Part shown: positions 26,585 to 35,973 of the stretch, one piece after another
How positions within the stretch are numbered: the stretch's first letter is position 1
Layout: each line of letters begins with the position of its first letter
NCBI GenBank assembly: GCA_965231065.1
Contig: OZ246410.1
Location: 193,473 to 257,472 of the forward strand
Length of the DNA: 64,000 bases
Direction of reading: 5' to 3'
Origin: an uncultured Methanosarcinales archaeon
GTDB taxonomy: Archaea; Nanobdellota; Nanobdellia; Woesearchaeales; UBA10107
The notes under the pieces: generated by a model
The model's database searches: none
Seen by the model: the letters and a program-made list of their open reading frames with translations, nothing else
What the model was told of the DNA's origin: nothing
Program-made: the position numbers and the translations under genes

Positions 26585-28116
26585 TATTTCATCAACATCT
26601 TCATATTACGTAGATATGCAAGATCATTTTTGTATGTTTCACGAATATCTTTGATGCTCCAGTATTCCATTGCAATTCTCCCTAGTCCAAGACCCCATGC
26701 AAGTACCGGAACTTCACGTCCTATCAATGTCTTAGTCACTTCAGGTCTGAACATACCTGCTCCCCCTAACTCAACCCATTCCTTCTTGACGGGATTGAAC
26801 ACTTCCACTTCAACGCTTGGTTCTGTATAAGGGAAATGCGCCGGTCGTAAGCGTACATCAGTAAATCCTAATTTGCCGAAGAATTGGCGCAAATATCCAA
26901 GCAGATGTCTGAAATTTACGTTCTCATCAACGACAATACCTTCGACTTGCTCGAATTCAAAGAGATGCTTCCAATCCATAGTCTCGTTCCTGAACACTCT
27001 GCTGATTGCGAAATATTTTTTTGGAAGATCCTTATTTGACAATGAAGATAGTTTCTTTGCGCTTAATGGTGTACAGTGTGTTCGCATGAGCACTTCCTTA
27101 GCAAGTGTTTCATTCCATTGACTTCTCCATCCTTTGCTGCCTGTATTCCCGCCATTTTCGTGGACGTCCTTGATCTTCTTGAAATCTTTCGGTAGTTTTC
27201 CAAGCAAGATCTTTCCTTTCTCATCAGCTACATAGAACGTATCCTGCATCGTCCGTGCCGGATGATCCTGCGGAACGAATAGCGAATCCAAATCCCAATA
27301 GCTCGTCTCACAGTAGTTTCCAGTCATCTCTTCAAAGCCCATCTCCAGTAATATCTTTTTCATATATCTAATGGCTTGGCTGATGAAATGTCGTTTTGCT
27401 GAATTGATTTCTGGTACGTTGATTGTGACATCATACTTCCTGAATTTCTTACTTTCCCATTGTCCTGATTTCAACAGCTCAGGAGTCACTGCTTCGATGA
27501 GATCAACCTTCTCAAGTTTCTGCTTCGCAAGCATCCTGCCAAGCTCAGTGAGTTCGATGGTTTTTATCTTTATGATCTTCTTCTGCACAATCTGCTTTCG
27601 TTTCGATAGTTGTTCAAGCGCGAATTGTTCTTCTGCCCCTAATTTCTTGATTTCAATAGCTCCTGCACTTACTCTATTGAGAAATTGTTCTTCAGAACTA
27701 ATTTTTCCTAATGATCGTTTACCATGATCAGTGATTGAAATCTTTCCATTGCTCATCTGAACCGCTGCTTTCTGTTTTAATATACCGATCGCGATACCAA
27801 ACTCTTCTCTGCCGAGTTTTTTCATGAGCTCATCGACAGAAACAGAACTTCCTTTCAATTCCAATAGCATGCGTCGTTCTGGTAAACCAATCTTAACGTA
27901 GTGTCTGCCATTACTGTCTAATTCTATGAATTCATCTTCAGTAGCATTAATGCGGAGAATTTTCTTATTTTCAAGCCATTGCAATGCCCGCATCGCCTCA
28001 ACTTCCTGCAAGCCTGATTTTTCAACTAGTGCAGCGAGCGTTTTTACACTATTCAGGAAGGGAACTACCTTCCGTTCCAAAGGGTGTAGCCCTTCGATAA
28101 GCTCTTTGATGTCCAT
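26584..28116 (-). CDS. pheS: Phenylalanyl-tRNA synthetase alpha subunit (archaeal/eukaryal type)
   Basis: Class II motifs: motif 1 region, FRNE (motif 2, AISRVFRNETMD), motif 3 GAGMFRPEV...GLGLGRIAM; likely start at MDIKELIEG (28116) rather than the ORF-track start. Confidence 0.9.
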   Translation of the reverse strand: MDIKELIEGLHPLERKVVPFLNSVKTLAALVEKSGLQEVEAMRALQWLENKKILRINATEDEFIELDSNGRHYVKIGLPERRMLLELKGSSVSVDELMKKLGREEFGIAIGILKQKAAVQMSNGKISITDHGKRSLGKISSEEQFLNRVSAGAIEIKKLGAEEQFALEQLSKRKQIVQKKIIKIKTIELTELGRMLAKQKLEKVDLIEAVTPELLKSGQWESKKFRKYDVTINVPEINSAKRHFISQAIRYMKKILLEMGFEEMTGNYCETSYWDLDSLFVPQDHPARTMQDTFYVADEKGKILLGKLPKDFKKIKDVHENGGNTGSKGWRSQWNETLAKEVLMRTHCTPLSAKKLSSLSNKDLPKKYFAISRVFRNETMDWKHLFEFEQVEGIVVDENVNFRHLLGYLRQFFGKLGFTDVRLRPAHFPYTEPSVEVEVFNPVKKEWVELGGAGMFRPEVTKTLIGREVPVLAWGLGLGRIAMEYWSIKDIRETYKNDLAYLRNMKMLMK

Positions 28117-28197
28117 AGAGAATACTGCTCTTTGGCACTTTATATACTTTTTTAATAGAAGAGACGATAAACAGCTCAAATAACTATAAAGAAATAA

Positions 28198-29004
28198 TTA
28201 CTTGGAAGGTGCTTTCATGCCTTTCCAGGATAACTCAAACAGTTCTTCGACTGCAGATGCGAAGAACGGGCTATTGATCCAGATACCGACGTCATAGGTT
28301 GGATGGACTTCTTCATCATCTAAGATCATAAAGACCATCTCTTTTCCATCAACAATAGTGAATCGTGCTTTCGTGTTACTGTTTTTCACTTCAGCGACTG
28401 ATGATATGTCTTTGATTGCTGCTGCATTCTCTTTCGTGAACGGCGCTGCGATTCTGACTCTGACTCCTCGTTTCTTGAGTTTTTCAAGTACCGGCTTCAA
28501 TCCTTCTACTTTTCTCATCAATCCTTGTGCTGTCGTCATGATCGTGACTGATTTCTCTGCACCTTTGATGACTAATTCTAAATGATTGTATAAATTATGC
28601 CGCCCTTTCAAACTTCCGGAAAGATCGCTTGGCTCGATTAATTCAACACCTTGTGTATGGAGTGCACTCAATTCATCCAGAACATCAGTGCCTTTCAATT
28701 CATCAAGGCGCGTCGTCATCGTCTTCGCATCTTCAGCAACATTTTTCTTGACTCGTTCAAGAACTTCTTCAGGCGGTACGGCAACGTATTTGATTGGTTT
28801 TCCTAATTTCGTGATTGCAAATCCTTTTTTTTCAAGTGATTCGAGAACATCATAAGATCGTGATCGCGGAACATTTGCGATATCGCTTAATTCACCTGCT
28901 GTAGAAACACCGCGTGAGAGCAATGCAGTCCAAATCTTGACTTCGTACAGATTTAAGTTGAAATATCTTCTTAATTTTGCTAAAAACTCCTCTTTAACTA
29001 CCAT
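28198..29004 (-). CDS. TrmB-family transcriptional regulator, paralog of 20485-21300 in inverted orientation
   Basis: 268 aa; shares an identical 38-aa HTH segment WTALLSRGVSTAGELSDIANVPRSRSYDVLESLEKKGF with the first copy, including a 29-nt identical DNA stretch gatatcgcaaatgttccgcgatcacgatc. Confidence 0.7.
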   Translation of the reverse strand: MVVKEEFLAKLRRYFNLNLYEVKIWTALLSRGVSTAGELSDIANVPRSRSYDVLESLEKKGFAITKLGKPIKYVAVPPEEVLERVKKNVAEDAKTMTTRLDELKGTDVLDELSALHTQGVELIEPSDLSGSLKGRHNLYNHLELVIKGAEKSVTIMTTAQGLMRKVEGLKPVLEKLKKRGVRVRIAAPFTKENAAAIKDISSVAEVKNSNTKARFTIVDGKEMVFMILDDEEVHPTYDVGIWINSPFFASAVEELFELSWKGMKAPSK

Positions 29005-29155
29005 CTAAACACCCTCCTTTCCTCTATACAGAATACTACTACTATTAAAAGGTTATGTTTTTTTATCTATTTGCGAGAGACTAAGATTATTTAATAATGA
29101 TTTAAAAAAGAATCAGGTAATCTATATTCTGCAGAATACATCTCATCGCAATATC

Positions 29156-30211
29156 TCAATCAAGTTGATAACGCAATAATGCAGCGATCCCACCCAATCC
29201 ATCTAACTGTTTGCCGCCTTCATGATCAGATGAGACAATCATGATTTTTCCTTTCATAGAATTCACTTTCTTCAGTATATAATCGACACGGTCAAAAGAA
29301 TTTTCTTCTCTTGTCTTCTGAATATATGAATCAGTCACCAATAGAATCTTGACTGCACCGGCATCGGTCGCTTTCTCGACTTCATCGATTCCATATTTCG
29401 CGAGCTTTCCGGTCATGATATCCTTCAGTAATTCTTCGACTAATGCGATTTCTTCGACTGCGCGGCTTTCTTTGAGAGCTGTTTCTACCTCTGGACGCTT
29501 CAATACTTCATTGAATGCGGTCTTATCGGCAGATGAGCACGTCGCGACCAGTATTTTCTTCCTGAGCTCCTGATCTTTGATCTGCTTGAGCAAATAGTCT
29601 TTCCAAAATGCAGGACTCGCAACCACAATACGTTCAATGCCATATCGTTTTACATATTCAGATATCTGATCAGCGATCTTCTGATAGAATGTACCTTCTG
29701 TCTTGGTATCTTCTCCTTTTTTTGGCAGATCACTCTTAATTTCAGATAGATATTCGTATCCATATGTCTTTGCATATGCAAAATGCGCTTCATCCCTGTC
29801 AAATACCACCAACAGAACTTTTGGCTGCTGCTCAGCACTCGCTTCTTTTAATTTCTCTATCTGAAAATCAAGCCATTCTTCTTTTTCTATAGTGATGATG
29901 CTATTCAATTCAACATTGAATGTATGGTGTGTACCACGTGGCACATCCTCGGGTCCTTCCTGGATGATGCCAGAGACGCGTAATATATCGGTCTGTTTAT
30001 GGAATTCTGTTTTCTCTACAATGAGACTCAAGAACACAGGCTTTTTTACAACCTTCTGATTCATTGCTTCACCGATTTTTATTTTACGAAGCGTTTCTCC
30101 TTTGACTATGTCCTTTGGATCGATAATCTGTGACAAGTACCAAAGGTCGTCTAAGGTCGTAATCTTGACCTTTGCCCCTCCTTTTTTAAAGTCGGAAAAG
30201 ATGATTTTCAT
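29156..30211 (-). CDS. Pelota/Dom34 (mRNA surveillance, eRF1-like)
   Basis: About 351 aa from MKIIFSDFKKG; three-domain eRF1-like pattern with conserved central RVSGII...PRGTHHT and C-terminal GGIAALLRY. Confidence 0.8.
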   Translation of the reverse strand: MKIIFSDFKKGGAKVKITTLDDLWYLSQIIDPKDIVKGETLRKIKIGEAMNQKVVKKPVFLSLIVEKTEFHKQTDILRVSGIIQEGPEDVPRGTHHTFNVELNSIITIEKEEWLDFQIEKLKEASAEQQPKVLLVVFDRDEAHFAYAKTYGYEYLSEIKSDLPKKGEDTKTEGTFYQKIADQISEYVKRYGIERIVVASPAFWKDYLLKQIKDQELRKKILVATCSSADKTAFNEVLKRPEVETALKESRAVEEIALVEELLKDIMTGKLAKYGIDEVEKATDAGAVKILLVTDSYIQKTREENSFDRVDYILKKVNSMKGKIMIVSSDHEGGKQLDGLGGIAALLRYQLD

Positions 30212-30260
30212 CACTGTAAAACAGAAAAACATATATATAAAACCCCTTCTTTTAAGCTGT

Positions 30261-31442
30261 ATGTTACGTAAAAGAGGGCAAGCAGGCGCTGCAGCAGGTT
30301 TTGTTGCGATTGTAGCAGGTTTAATTGTCCTCTATATTCTACTATTGCCTGCAGATGTGCGTGATTCGTTATTGCAGCAGACAACAACATCAGGAACAGG
30401 TTCTCAGCAGACCACAACACTTTCAAAGAATGTATTGGTATTTGAACATCCAGGAACGTTAGACCCGGTAAAGCTCAGAGATAGAGAAAAGATACTTGAT
30501 TCTTTCAATCTATATTCAGAAAAGACAGCAGTGGTCTTGAAATCAGCTCCTGCGGTACGTTTGGAAAGCGGTTGGTTGCAGAAAAAAACATATAATCTAT
30601 CATTTGCTGTTGACGATCTTAAAAATACAGAGAATTATGTGCTCGCATTCGATGTAGCACAATCATCCGGTAATGTTATCATTTCCTTGAATGGAAAGGA
30701 AATCTATAATTCACAAGTATCGATCGGAAATGTCGAGCCGATCGCGATCGAACGATCAGACATACAGAGTCAAAATTCATTGATACTTTCAGTTTCGGGA
30801 GTTGGTTTAGCTTTCTGGAAGTTGAATGCGTATGATCTCAAGAATCTCCGCGTCATCGCTGATTTCACCGATATCAGTAAGCGTGTGTATAAGAATTTCT
30901 TTGTCATATCCGCGACTGAAAAAGAGAATTTCGACCACACAAAGCTCAATTTCGTACCGAACTGCCTAACAACGAAGGTTGGACCATTGAAGATCGCCAT
31001 CAATGATCGTGATCTTCCCTATTCGGCAATTCCTGACTGTGGATTATTGTCAACAATAGAATTTGATCCGAACTACCTCAAGCAAGGAGAGAACGTCATT
31101 ACATTCAGCGCAGAAGAAGGAAGTTACTTCGTCGATAGTGTTTCCATAAGATCAGAATTGAAGCAACTCACGTATCCATTCTATTACTTTGAACTAAAGA
31201 CAGATGACAAGCAGAAGATAGACAACAGTACTGCAAATCTCACTCTTGATCTTAATTTCGCAGATCTTGAAGATAAAGAAGGAGAGTTGAATGTCAACGG
31301 TCATCTGAGCAGTATACTCACCAGTAATTCGACCTTTTTCAAGAATCTGAAGGAATTGTCCAAAGAAGGGCAGAACTACATACAGATCGTCCCGAAGACA
31401 ATCTTGAATATCGTCGATCTGAAAGTCTCACTTATCAAATAA
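30261..31442 (+). CDS. Signal-anchored exported protein (N-terminal TM, Thr-rich linker, ~330-aa extracytoplasmic domain), unknown function; first gene of a five-gene surface cluster
   Basis: Likely start MLRKRGQAGAAAGFVAIVAGLIVLYILLLPA (the ORF-track start further upstream overlaps pelota); linker QQTTTSGTGSQQTTT; no recognisable catalytic motif. Confidence 0.5.
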   Translation: MLRKRGQAGAAAGFVAIVAGLIVLYILLLPADVRDSLLQQTTTSGTGSQQTTTLSKNVLVFEHPGTLDPVKLRDREKILDSFNLYSEKTAVVLKSAPAVRLESGWLQKKTYNLSFAVDDLKNTENYVLAFDVAQSSGNVIISLNGKEIYNSQVSIGNVEPIAIERSDIQSQNSLILSVSGVGLAFWKLNAYDLKNLRVIADFTDISKRVYKNFFVISATEKENFDHTKLNFVPNCLTTKVGPLKIAINDRDLPYSAIPDCGLLSTIEFDPNYLKQGENVITFSAEEGSYFVDSVSIRSELKQLTYPFYYFELKTDDKQKIDNSTANLTLDLNFADLEDKEGELNVNGHLSSILTSNSTFFKNLKELSKEGQNYIQIVPKTILNIVDLKVSLIK

Positions 31443-31459
31443 TTCTTATGAGAGGATGA

Positions 31460-33100
31460 ATGGCAGTAAAAGAAACAGAGATTGATAGACTTCATGAAGA
31501 GGCATTGCGAGAGAATGCAGCGATACGACAGGAAGAAATACGAGCAAGAGCAGCTGAACGTGCACGTGTACAGGAGCGAAGAAGCTCCAAAGATGATCCT
31601 CCGGAGACCGAGACTCCTTTCTTCTCAGCAAAAGCAAGTTTCTCCTGGCTCTTACTATTGTGTATCATCAACGATTTCTATGATTGGTATTCTGGCTACC
31701 AGATCAATCCAATCTCATTAGGGATTGATGCATTCACTTTCATTGTCTTTTACCTCAACGGGTTCAAGAGCGGCACCAAGTTCTTTTTATTGCTCACTAC
31801 AGCATTGCTTGACTTTATCTTGCCTGGACCTTTGGCAGGCTGGGGCATTGCACCGCAGCTGACGGGTATTATCATCATTATCCCCTGGTGGGTTGTCTTC
31901 GCTCTGATATCAAAATATTCATTCGGTATCGAATCAAAATTTGCGGATTCGATCGCTATTGTAGGATTCATCGTCGGTGTATTCCTGTTGACACCATTCC
32001 TATTGACATCACCGACTGATACCGTCATCAATCAAAAATGGGTGCATACTACCTGGGATGTAGTCTCAAATGCATTCTCGAATGCAGGATCTTCGGTTTC
32101 ATTAGGATGGAAACAGATACAGTGCAGTTATTTCAGTATTTCTGAAGAAGCAAAATCAGCATGTGTGCAGGATTTGACAAAGGCAAACCAAGAGGACCAA
32201 TTAAAAAATCTTAAGGTGCAAGAAATACCAGGGTCCGGATTCTCTGCAGAATTTACTGAAATCGGTGTCCAGACAGGAGATACACTTCTGGACAACAAGA
32301 TACCGGTGCGCATCTCTGCAGTCAATAATCTTCAGACACCAATCACACTTGAGTTCGCGTGCGGTCTTGAAGGAAGAGCAGGAGGAACGGTTGTTCCGAC
32401 AACAAAAATTGTTGCGAAAGGAAGACTACCATTACAAGAAAGTTCGGTGAGCTGTGAAAATCTTGATATATCGAAGCGAGGCACACCGACATTCTACTTC
32501 AACATGACTGCGAAAGATGTGTCATCATCAGGAGATAAGGAGATCTTCATCGTCAGCGATGCTGCGAAGACCGCAGTCTTATCACAATACGAGGGCATCT
32601 CAGAGAATAAAGTATTGTTGTTATCAAGAGAATTCGGAGAATTCTTGAGAGCGACACAAAGCAGATTGAGTCCGAGAGTAGCTGCAGATGATTTAGTGCA
32701 GCCAATAATCAGAGTCGGTGTCACGACATCCATTGAAGCTGAACAGATATTGGTATATGGTATCAAGCCAGGGTTGAAGACACAATTTGCTTTATTCTTA
32801 AAGAACAATGGTAAAGGATCGATCGCAAACATCAAGAAAATCACATTCAAGCTCCCTGATGATTTCGCTTTCGATGTGAGTGATTGTGGCATCACCGATG
32901 CTAAACTGCAAAGTACCGATTGGAGAAGAATCACTGTCGGAAATCTCCAACGTGTCGCATTGTGTACCATTGAAGTTAGAGGCGAAAAACAATATCCAAA
33001 CCAAATTGATTCACGGTTATTCACGGCAACAGTCGAGTATGACTATGTATTATCAAAAGGCATCGATGTTAACATCGCACCAGGAATTGTGACCACATGA
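31460..33100 (+). CDS. Polytopic membrane protein: cytoplasmic charged coiled N-terminus, about five TM helices, ~350-aa extracytoplasmic C-terminal domain ending in a YxY motif shared with the downstream paralogs
   Basis: N-terminus EIDRLHEEALRENAAIRQEEIRARAAERARVQERR; TM helices WLLLLCIINDFY, FLLLTTALLDFILPGPLAGW, IIIIIPWWVVFALI, IVGFIVGVFLLTPFLL; C-terminus TATVEYDYVLSKGIDVNI. Confidence 0.5.
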   Translation: MAVKETEIDRLHEEALRENAAIRQEEIRARAAERARVQERRSSKDDPPETETPFFSAKASFSWLLLLCIINDFYDWYSGYQINPISLGIDAFTFIVFYLNGFKSGTKFFLLLTTALLDFILPGPLAGWGIAPQLTGIIIIIPWWVVFALISKYSFGIESKFADSIAIVGFIVGVFLLTPFLLTSPTDTVINQKWVHTTWDVVSNAFSNAGSSVSLGWKQIQCSYFSISEEAKSACVQDLTKANQEDQLKNLKVQEIPGSGFSAEFTEIGVQTGDTLLDNKIPVRISAVNNLQTPITLEFACGLEGRAGGTVVPTTKIVAKGRLPLQESSVSCENLDISKRGTPTFYFNMTAKDVSSSGDKEIFIVSDAAKTAVLSQYEGISENKVLLLSREFGEFLRATQSRLSPRVAADDLVQPIIRVGVTTSIEAEQILVYGIKPGLKTQFALFLKNNGKGSIANIKKITFKLPDDFAFDVSDCGITDAKLQSTDWRRITVGNLQRVALCTIEVRGEKQYPNQIDSRLFTATVEYDYVLSKGIDVNIAPGIVTT

Positions 33101-34029
33101 AGAAATTAATTTTAGTTATAACCTTAACTCTGGTGCTCTCAGGATGTACTTCCCTGTTAAAAGGAGGCCAAAATGCAGATATCCAGGGCAGTGACGGATT
33201 GGTCATGACCATCGGAAGATTGCCATCAGAAGTATCGGTCGGACAGGGTCTGCAGATACCGATTCAATTGGAAAATGTCGGTGTGCATAAAGTTGAGAAT
33301 GTGATACTCTCCATCTCCGGTTACAACCCTCAGTATGTGCATTTTAACGGATTGCCAAAGATAGAAGGCATTAATTTAGATGGCAGAAGTACATTTGTGC
33401 CGGTCGGAGAGAAGACAACAAAATTCTTCACGATTGATTCGATTACGTTACCAGATTATAAGGAGTTGCAGCAGACATTTGAAGCATATGCATGCTATCA
33501 ATACAAAACAGAAGCATCGCCTGTCGTCTGCATCAACCCGCAGCTTACGTTTGGTCTGACAGATATGAAATCCGGATGCACGTTCTACGATGCACAGATC
33601 AGTCCAAGTCAAGGTGCACCATTAGCTGTCACAAAAGTAGAATCATTCTACTACACCAATCAACATGATATTGAATTCAGAATCAGCGTACAAGATGTCT
33701 CTGGAAAAGGAGTTGTCTTAGATAGTTTAGCATACGGAAAACGCTGCTTAGGAACCGAAGCGCTCAAGACAGAAGATCTTAATACCATAAAAGTCGATGC
33801 ATTCATGAGCGGGCAGAAGCTCCCTTGTTATGTCGGTGAGACGCAGACAGACAAATTCCTTCTTCAGAATAATCTCAATGCAAACGAGTATTCGATACGA
33901 TGTGTCGCGAAGATCGATCCAGCAGAGCCAGCATTCACGACACCACTGAGCATCACGTTGTCATATGGATATGCGATCGGTAAATCATTCACCATTACAC
34001 TCAAGAACCCTTCCTTCGGCAGATCTTAA
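33097..34029 (+). CDS. Lipoprotein-like exported protein, paralog 1 of 3 (N-terminal Ig/CARDB-like module + six-Cys domain)
   Basis: Signal + lipobox MKKLILVITLTLVLSGC; LQIPIQLENVGVHKVENVILSISGYNPQYV; conserved Cys framework YACYQYKTEASPVVCINPQ...SGC...KRC...LPCY...IRC; C-terminal LSITLSYGYAIGK; start overlaps upstream stop (ATGA). Confidence 0.55.
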   Translation: MKKLILVITLTLVLSGCTSLLKGGQNADIQGSDGLVMTIGRLPSEVSVGQGLQIPIQLENVGVHKVENVILSISGYNPQYVHFNGLPKIEGINLDGRSTFVPVGEKTTKFFTIDSITLPDYKELQQTFEAYACYQYKTEASPVVCINPQLTFGLTDMKSGCTFYDAQISPSQGAPLAVTKVESFYYTNQHDIEFRISVQDVSGKGVVLDSLAYGKRCLGTEALKTEDLNTIKVDAFMSGQKLPCYVGETQTDKFLLQNNLNANEYSIRCVAKIDPAEPAFTTPLSITLSYGYAIGKSFTITLKNPSFGRS

Positions 34030-34076
34030 TAAATCAGACTGAAACATTTATATAATAAAGGGGGTTAATCCTGCAC

Positions 34077-34982
34077 ATGAACAAGCGAATCCCATTCCTG
34101 TTTTTAGTTCTGTTACTTCTCTCTTCCTGTGTCGGTACACGGACTGCTCAGACTAAAGAACAGGCAGCTTTAACCGATGATGCGCACCGGGGTGTCAAGG
34201 GGGTCACAATAAATTTCATCAAGAACAATCCGCCGGACATCGCATTCTCAGGAAATCCATTAGATATTGTTGTTGAAGTAAAAAATGAAGGAGCAGCGAC
34301 AGTCACCGGATCAAACCTCTTCCTTTCGGGATATGATCCAGTCATCTTCAAGATCAATCCGCGATTCAAGACACTTGATCGCCTTGAAGGCAGGACAAAA
34401 TTCAACACCTTTGGTGGTTACGATACTGCTGAATTCAAATCTGAAAACGTATTCTTACCACAGGGAACTGATACTTTGGATCAGACATTCCTCGCAAGCT
34501 TATGTTATGTGTACAGAACAGAAGCGCGAATTCCTGTCTGCATCGATCCAAGTCCTTTCTCGGTATTGGAGAATGAAGCATGCAGAGTCACGAATCCATC
34601 AGTCGGTGGTGGGCAAGGAGGTCCGGTATCGGTATCTGCAGTACGGGAAGATCCAGCGCCAGGACAAGTTGGATTCTACATAACCGTCGCAAACCAAGGA
34701 GATGGTATTGTTGTTGATCAGTTCTCTATGAGAGACTGTCCGAGTCCTCTGAATTTCGATGATGTTGATTCGGTTCAATACAGTGTAGCTCTTTCAGGAA
34801 AACCAGGAGACTGTAAACCAACCGGTAAACTCAGACTAGCAAATAAACAGGGAAGCCTGTATTGTATATTCAAGTTAGACAGTATATCTGCGACTGCATT
34901 CACAACTGTCCTTGAAATCAACCTTGATTATGGTTATCTGACACAGAAGACAAAGGCTGTAAAGGTTAAGAGCCTCAGTTAG
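34077..34982 (+). CDS. Lipoprotein-like exported protein, paralog 2 of 3
   Basis: MNKRIPFLFLVLLLLSSC signal/lipobox; PLDIVVEVKNEGAATVTGSNLFLSGYDPVIF; SLCYVYRTEARIPVCIDPS...EAC...RDC...GDC...LYC; C-terminal LEINLDYGYLTQK. Confidence 0.55.
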   Translation: MNKRIPFLFLVLLLLSSCVGTRTAQTKEQAALTDDAHRGVKGVTINFIKNNPPDIAFSGNPLDIVVEVKNEGAATVTGSNLFLSGYDPVIFKINPRFKTLDRLEGRTKFNTFGGYDTAEFKSENVFLPQGTDTLDQTFLASLCYVYRTEARIPVCIDPSPFSVLENEACRVTNPSVGGGQGGPVSVSAVREDPAPGQVGFYITVANQGDGIVVDQFSMRDCPSPLNFDDVDSVQYSVALSGKPGDCKPTGKLRLANKQGSLYCIFKLDSISATAFTTVLEINLDYGYLTQKTKAVKVKSLS

Positions 34983-35014
34983 GCGAAACATTTATATTCT
35001 ATCCTGGTTCTAAG

Positions 35015-35959
35015 ATGTGCATGAAAAGAGAGGTATTGATTCTGTTAGCGATCTTCTTATTAGTATTCGTTCCTGCCTGTAAAAAACAGGAAACAGCAGT
35101 CGTTGGAAAAGCATTTGTCGGTGGCAGCAAAGGATTAACATTAAGTTTCCTTCCGGGTGCACCTCCTGATTCTGTCTTTGATACTGATAATCCATTTGCT
35201 ATAAGTATACGATTAGAGAATGTCGGAGAATTCAATATCGATAAGGTTGCTGATGCAACAGTCGAAATTACCGGCATTGATCCTGCTGACTTTGGCGTCA
35301 CCAAGAATGATCTGCACAAAGATTCATCAGATACGCTGACGAGCGCAAGTCTTGACTCTGCAGGAAAAGTGGTTCAGGGGTCTGCTGCGGTTATTGATTT
35401 TGATAATTTACAATATAAGAAGAAAGTAAGCGGTACCTTCTCATTCCCGCTCATCGCAAGCGTCTGTTATGAATATGGAACAAAAGCACAGTCACAATTA
35501 TGCGTCCTCAAGGATCTTGCAGGAAAGACAACAGAAATACGATTCTGTGATCCGAATAATCAAAATATCGCATCAGAGAGTTCAGGAGCGCCTGTACAGG
35601 TTGTCTCCATGAGCGAGAATGTTCTTGGTTCAAATAAGGTAGCATTTTCATTCAGGATACGAAATGTAGGTACTGGCACATTACATCAGCAAGGCAAGGA
35701 ATGTTCTACTGCGATTGCAGACAAGGATAAGGTCTGGGTCGAGGTTATGGATACCGGATTAGGCGCATTGAGCTGTTCAGGATTGAAAGACGGCACTGAT
35801 AAGACAGGATATGTTACCTTATTCAACAATGAAGCGACTGTTCGGTGCACGCAGACAGTCGATACACCGACTGATTTGGTCAAGGTAATCGATGTCAATC
35901 TGCGATACGGATACAAGGAATCAATTCAGAAGACGTTGCAAGTCAAAGAATCAAGTTAA
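35015..35959 (+). CDS. Lipoprotein-like exported protein, paralog 3 of 3
   Basis: MCMKREVLILLAIFLLVFVPAC signal/lipobox; PFAISIRLENVGEFNIDKVADATVEITGIDPADF; SVCYEYGTKAQSQLCVLKD...RFC...KEC...LSC...VRC; C-terminal IDVNLRYGYKES. Confidence 0.55.
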   Translation: MCMKREVLILLAIFLLVFVPACKKQETAVVGKAFVGGSKGLTLSFLPGAPPDSVFDTDNPFAISIRLENVGEFNIDKVADATVEITGIDPADFGVTKNDLHKDSSDTLTSASLDSAGKVVQGSAAVIDFDNLQYKKKVSGTFSFPLIASVCYEYGTKAQSQLCVLKDLAGKTTEIRFCDPNNQNIASESSGAPVQVVSMSENVLGSNKVAFSFRIRNVGTGTLHQQGKECSTAIADKDKVWVEVMDTGLGALSCSGLKDGTDKTGYVTLFNNEATVRCTQTVDTPTDLVKVIDVNLRYGYKESIQKTLQVKESS

Positions 35960-35973
35960 ACTTCTTAGATTAA

